Origin: Lytechinus pictus
Lineage: Eukaryota
DNA: 64,000 bases
Direction: 5' to 3'
Assembly: GCF_037042905.1 (NCBI RefSeq)
Contig: NC_087245.1
Span: forward strand, 27,220,001 to 27,284,000
Shown here: one piece after another, positions 58,883 to 64,000 of the stretch
Layout: each line of letters starts with the position of its first letter
How positions within the stretch are numbered: position 1 is the stretch's first letter
Made by a program: the position numbers and the translations under genes
Notes under the pieces: generated by a model
Seen by the model: the letters and a program-made list of their open reading frames with translations, nothing else
What the model was told of the DNA's origin: nothing
The model's database searches: none

Positions 58883-59599
58883 TCGGAAAGAAAGAAGAAA
58901 GAAAGAAAGAAAGAAGAAAAAAAGAAAAAATAAAGCAAGGAAGAAAAATACTAGACAGAAAGCCGAAATAATGTAGAAACTTAAAGGCGGAAGGAATGAA
59001 TAAAATAGGGCCTATGCAAGGAAAGATTTCTTCTTTTAAAAAGACCGTGAAGACAAGAATAATAATAAAAAGAAAACTTAACCGGATAAATGGATTAAAC
59101 TTAAATAATGGATGAATTAGATTAGATTGGCAACCGAGGCCTTTCGTAGAAAACCTTTTTTTGGTGGATCTGTCCACCGTCCAGCATACGGCCTCCGCCA
59201 TTTGAACCCTTACTGGGGTGCAGAGTTGTATTATATTATGCCTGTGTGAGAGAGAAGGTATATAGGCCGACATGTAAATGAATAAAAAAAAAAGAAAAGG
59301 AAGGAAATGAGAGGAGAAGATCTGGAAAATTGCAAACCTTTTAGGCCACTCTATCACATTAAAATTATCTCTCGCAATTTGCGCCTCGCCTCACATTAAA
59401 AAAATTGATTTTCCAACCTAAATTGTACTTTGAAAAATGGCACATTTTATTTTGAAAAAAACTCGGACATTTTCCATTTTGAAGAAGGGCACTTTTCCGA
59501 CTGCCCCTGCACCCCTTCCCGGTACCGCCGCCCCTGTATCTATTTTTTTATATTTTTGTTTTTTTAAACAAGTTCACATCTAGTTACCAATAATGCATA

Positions 59600-59747
59600 T
59601 ATAGCATTTCCATTTATTTTAAAAGCAGGATAAAAGAGCATTGTATATTAAATGCCTTGTTCACGGGCATAGCTGCCGCGGCCGGGGATCGAACCCCGGA
59701 ATTTTTCATGCATAGCCAGGCGCCTTAGACCACTCGGCCACGGCACC
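59600..59747 (-). mobile_element. tRNA-derived SINE (family C)
   Basis: Minus-strand GGTGCCGTGGCCGAGTGGTCTAAGGCG...GGTTCGATCCCCGGCCGCGGC, followed by a non-tRNA body (cccgtgaacaaggcattt). Confidence 0.7.
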
Positions 59748-60394
59748 TGTATCTATATCCTTCTCTCCTTCTGCTTAACCCCCCCCCCCCCTCCAAAAAA
59801 AAAAACACGTGGCCTTGGACAGTGAACTACGATTTTTTTTTTCAGACTGCAGCACTGTCGATCAAAGAGGTATAGCGCCATCTTGCAACAAAGTACTTTT
59901 AGGTAAGTTTTGTAAATACGTGTCATTTCCTTTTTTCATTCAAGCCTGGATTGACGAGTCTTGTCGAATTTTCAACACCTATCATCATGGTACGAAAATC
60001 AAATTTGTTATATTTTTTGAAAGAATGTTCTCTTTAGTGTTTCAATGTCTATTTCAAATGTTATTCCTGACCTTGAATGGGGGAAATCGAGAAGGAAAGT
60101 TATCATAATGATTATTTTATAAAGAGGTGGGCAGCTGTTTAATTATGTTTAGTCCCATTCACTGCTGTTGATGTGGCGTTTGCAGTAGATGTATGTTGTT
60201 GACGTAGTTAGGCAGGACAACAAGAATTTCAAAATGTGTTTGTTGTCGAGAGAATGATATCAAAATATTCCTTAATATCTAATTTATCATGTGAAACCAC
60301 TTAAAACTTACGTAAAATTCATTTAAACTGTAAAAAAAAGGAAATTCATAGCACCAACATGGTCCGAAAAAGCCATAGATAGGCACGGCCGTAG

Positions 60395-60410
60395 TCACTA
60401 GATGGCGCTG
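60395..60410. promoter_or_regulatory. CTCF-consensus-like motif within a CpG-rich segment
   Basis: TCACTAGATGGCGCTG matches the CCASYAGRKGGCRS core at all but the first position. Confidence 0.4.
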
Positions 60411-62199
60411 TCGCGGAAGTGCTCAAAATTTGTACGCAAGCTTCGTTCGCATGTCAATCATTGCAATCGCATAGCGATGCGATATCGTCAAAATTAAGCC
60501 CCTGTTAGCGCGGATGTGTATGATATTTTCTCTTTGTGATTGTCCTCCCGTGCGATGAAAAATATGTCATCGTATTGCACAGGACTTTCGCGAGCTACCG
60601 ATACCATTTTCGTGCCCCAAATTCCATGAAATCTTCCGAAAATAAACATGAAAGTGTCGGTAAGTCGAAAATGTCTTGAGTTGCTTTCAATTCTTACCTT
60701 ATTTAGTTGTATTTCTTGTAAAATGGGTCTCGAAGGGTTCCGGATTTTCCGTTGATTGTGAAACTTGAGTTGATTTCCTTTCTGTGTATTGCAGTGAAAT
60801 TGCAGCGCGGTGAATCGCAAGGGCTCGGGAAGCCCTTCTCAGTGAGGTTTGCAAGCTGAGCTGTCCTTGAATTTGGTCGAATTTCGAGCCATTTTAATCG
60901 CGCGCGGGATGATTAATTTACATCATAATAGAGATTAAGATTACGTCACGTACGTGCGTACCTGTGATACACACAGAAATGAAATTGAACTTGAATCACA
61001 CGGAATCACAGTCAAGAAATGCTTTGTTTTCTTCGTTTGCTGAATGATTTCCTGAATTTAAAATCATGAATAAACACCAGAGTAATGACATGAATAAGAT
61101 AATCATGGTCATATTTGAGAAATAACTAAATATTTTCTGAAAACGAGTGAAGATGATGGGGCAGTGATGTGCATGCACTGGAAAATGAACATTCACTGTC
61201 AGTGTCAGTGCCGTGGTGTCGGTGTTTTACTGCCAATACTGGCTTTACTAATTACTTTTGCACTGGTTTTTCTTTTGCCAACTACCGGTACTAGATTAAA
61301 AACTCATTTATTGATATGTTTATTGCAATTTTTGAATAAATGGTAATACAAAGTGGGAAAAAAAAGATAAATGAAGATAAAAATAATTTTGACTAAAAAC
61401 TTGTCATGCCATCACCCCCCCCCCCTAAAAAAAATACCCACTATCTTGAATGACTCAGGTAATTTAATTTGTATTGAAAAAAATAAACAATTGTATTTAT
61501 GCATTTTATATTTCTGATTCTTTCTGCCAGAATACCAGATGCCATCATGAATAACCTCACCACCAGGTTGAACTCCTAAACATCTTGATGATGACTATCT
61601 CCCGAGATATATCTTGCCTTCTTGAGATTGGAAGTTTTAAGTTCAAGTCAGAGCGACTTAAGGCCCTACTACCAAGAAGAATCCAGATTTACATAAAAAA
61701 AAATCCCACGAAAGATACAAACTGATTTTACTATTAATGTGTAGTGTGTGTGTGAGACACTGTTTGTGTTTATTTTGATGAGGATCTCCTGTCTCTTTTT
61801 ATTATTTCATTGACTGAATGAATGATCAATACCTAAAAGTGAGAACTGATTTTTGAGGAGAGTAGATAAGTGTATGGTTTTGAGTGAATTTGAGTAACTT
61901 TTGTTTTTATTACCGGTATTTTTTTCATCATTATTATTATTTTGCCTTTTATTACATATTTTCAGTTTATTTAACATTAAGTTTAAGTAACCAAACTTGA
62001 TCAAAGTGTTCAATTTTTGGGATAGAATTTTGTAATTTCATTTATCAGGTAATAAAACTGAGTTTGGTAAATCTAAAAAAGGACACTAAAAATATGAACA
62101 CTTGGAGATGCTCACTAAGATGAGGAAAAAACATGAAAGGAACTGGAACTTAAGTGGATGTTATAGCATGCCTTTTGAAGATCTCCAAGCACCTGGAAT

Positions 62200-62440
62200 C
62201 ATAGGCGGTGGAAGTGGGGGGGGGGGCGTATCCCACTAAATTTTAGGTGGGGAGGGGACGACCCCCCCCCCTCAATTTTTTGTTGATAACCTTTTTTTTT
62301 TTTTTTTTTTGGCTTGTCAATTTTCACTTTTGTTTCCTGTGTCCCCCCCCCCCTAAGATTTTTGGTCACTATTTTTTTTTTTTTTTTGTCAAAAAGTTTT
62401 GGCGGTTCCCCCCTAAAATTTTTGGCTTCCGCCGCCAATG
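62200..62440. mobile_element. hAT-like MITE, 8-bp TSD
   Basis: cctggaat|CATAGGCGGTGGAAG ... CTTCCGCCGCCAATG|ccaggaat (7 of 8 TSD positions match). Confidence 0.75.
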
Positions 62441-63180
62441 CCAGGAATGATGATGTTCAACTGAGAGTCGCTGAAGTGGAACTTGTTGCAGAGAATGATT
62501 ATTCCAGGACAAGTTAGATGATATTACCCAGCCCATACATCACAACAATGGAAGGGAGACAATATACCCCTGTACTACGTGAAGTATCATATTATCTTCA
62601 GGTTGGTTTGGAAAGTAATAATAGTCCTCTAGTCAATATTAACGTCTGTCCAACATAATGGTACTATCGAGCAATTTGGGGGTTCAATCACAAACAGCAA
62701 AAGTTTAGTAAATTGACACTAGTAAGATAATTAAACAAATATAATACAGCCAAACTGTCTGACCCCTTACTTGACTACTGACTTAACTACTTATTAAAAA
62801 ATGACAAGTGATGCTTAGGCCCTTTGTAACCATTGTATTGGGCAGACTTTGAAGCAGATGACTAGAATTCATACTTTCATGAAGATGAAGGAAGATCAAA
62901 AGAATTATTACAATTTAGCAAATATGAAATTAGAACACTGTCATGGTTATAAAAAATAATGAATTTCTATCCAGTAAAATGACAATACAATGTAAGAAAT
63001 AATTGCAATCAAGTAATTTCATTTGCAAAAGATATTTTCCATAATTTAATAACCAAATTTCTCAAGATAATATTCTTCTGCACAGAAGTGTATGACACGC
63101 TCAGTGTAAATCATGCTGTTTATAAATCTCTAGGAAACCTTTTTTTTCAAAATGAAAATACATGTAAACTTAATAAAAAC

Positions 63181-63390
63181 CAGGGGTGGATCCAGGATTT
63201 ATCCTGGGGGGGGGGGGGGCACATTTTCATGATGAAAATTTGTCAAGCAAAAAAAGGGCCTTGCTTTCCGGGGGGGGGGGGGGGGGCATACTTTGGTGAA
63301 AATGGCATATTTTCATTACAAATCTCGACTGAGGCTCTCTAAGGGGGGGCTGGGGTGAGCCAGATGTGCCCTCCCCCAGATCCACCAGTG
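63181..63390. mobile_element. hAT-like MITE, 8-bp TSD
   Basis: ataaaaac|CAGGGGTGGATC ... GATCCACCAGTG|ataaaaat. Confidence 0.65.
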
Positions 63391-64000
63391 ATAAAAATCA
63401 ACATTTGTGAAAGATGGCATACGTACCTTATACTGAATTGGTAAATTCAATGCATATGTCTACAAAATGAAACTGACATGTTTGAATAAATTGCTTATTT
63501 TTGTTTCTAGAAAGAATTCATTAACAGCTTAGAGTTATTGAGAAAACATCAGGCAAACATAACATTCTGATATGCAATAACTAAATCTGTTTTAAATATG
63601 CTTTGTTTATGTCAAAGGCTTTATCGAAATAAGATTATGCTATAATTTATAAATTACTGCATTTTGGAGCCCATTATAATTCAAAATGAATCATATAGGG
63701 CAGTGCCACACCTTATTCACTAAAATAAAGGAGGGGTGCAGCTGAAAAATCTCATCAGCAGGGGCAATAATTTTCACCGCCATTTCAATAGTACTATTAG
63801 ATATCATGAAAACACATAATTAAAATAAAATTAACTTTCTCTCAGGAAGTGCCCCTGTATACTATTACAGCCCTTGACCAGTATATTCTCTCAAGAGGTT
63901 CAATAATTCCTTCCCTTCCCTTAATTGTAGAGTCGGTTCGGGTGCGAATGTGTCTGAAAAAAATGATAAGCCAAAAAAAAAAGATCATTAGTAAAAATTG

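Noticed and set aside
58854..59357. 167-aa ORF
   Set aside because: Low-complexity, F/L-rich and overlapping a MITE end; it looks like a compositional artefact.
59675..59747. tRNA gene (Leu/Ser/His-like 5' half)
   Set aside because: No convincing anticodon stem, no oligo-T terminator right after it, and it runs into a SINE-like body. tRNAscan-SE would settle this.

Overview
AT-rich, intron-rich animal genomic DNA, most likely from a sea urchin (inferred from the close resemblance of the first gene to echinoid outer-arm dynein intermediate chain IC1). I reconstructed four spliced genes by hand from GT-AG junctions and reading-frame continuity. (1) A thioredoxin plus NDK-domain gene (NME8/NME9/TXNDC3-type dynein IC1), minus strand, running off the left edge. 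(2) A complete SOSS-B/NABP ssDNA-binding protein gene, minus strand, 214 aa. (3) A complete 16-exon KIF9 kinesin, plus strand, 873 aa, with an acidic N-terminal extension. (4) A previously unrecognised 3-exon, 123-aa gene, minus strand, with an X-box-like motif next to its ATG; the ORF track shows only its last exon. The rest is a dense collection of non-autonomous repeats: TTAA-flanked Kolobok-like and piggyBac-like MITEs, hAT-like MITEs with 8-bp target-site duplications (TSDs), one element with a 5-bp TSD, Harbinger-like MITEs, a tandem-repeat-carrying Helentron-associated element present as two near-identical inverted copies, tRNA-derived SINEs and LINE 3' fragments. No prokaryotic-type systems such as CRISPR or operons are present. 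Most short ORFs in the track are spurious.
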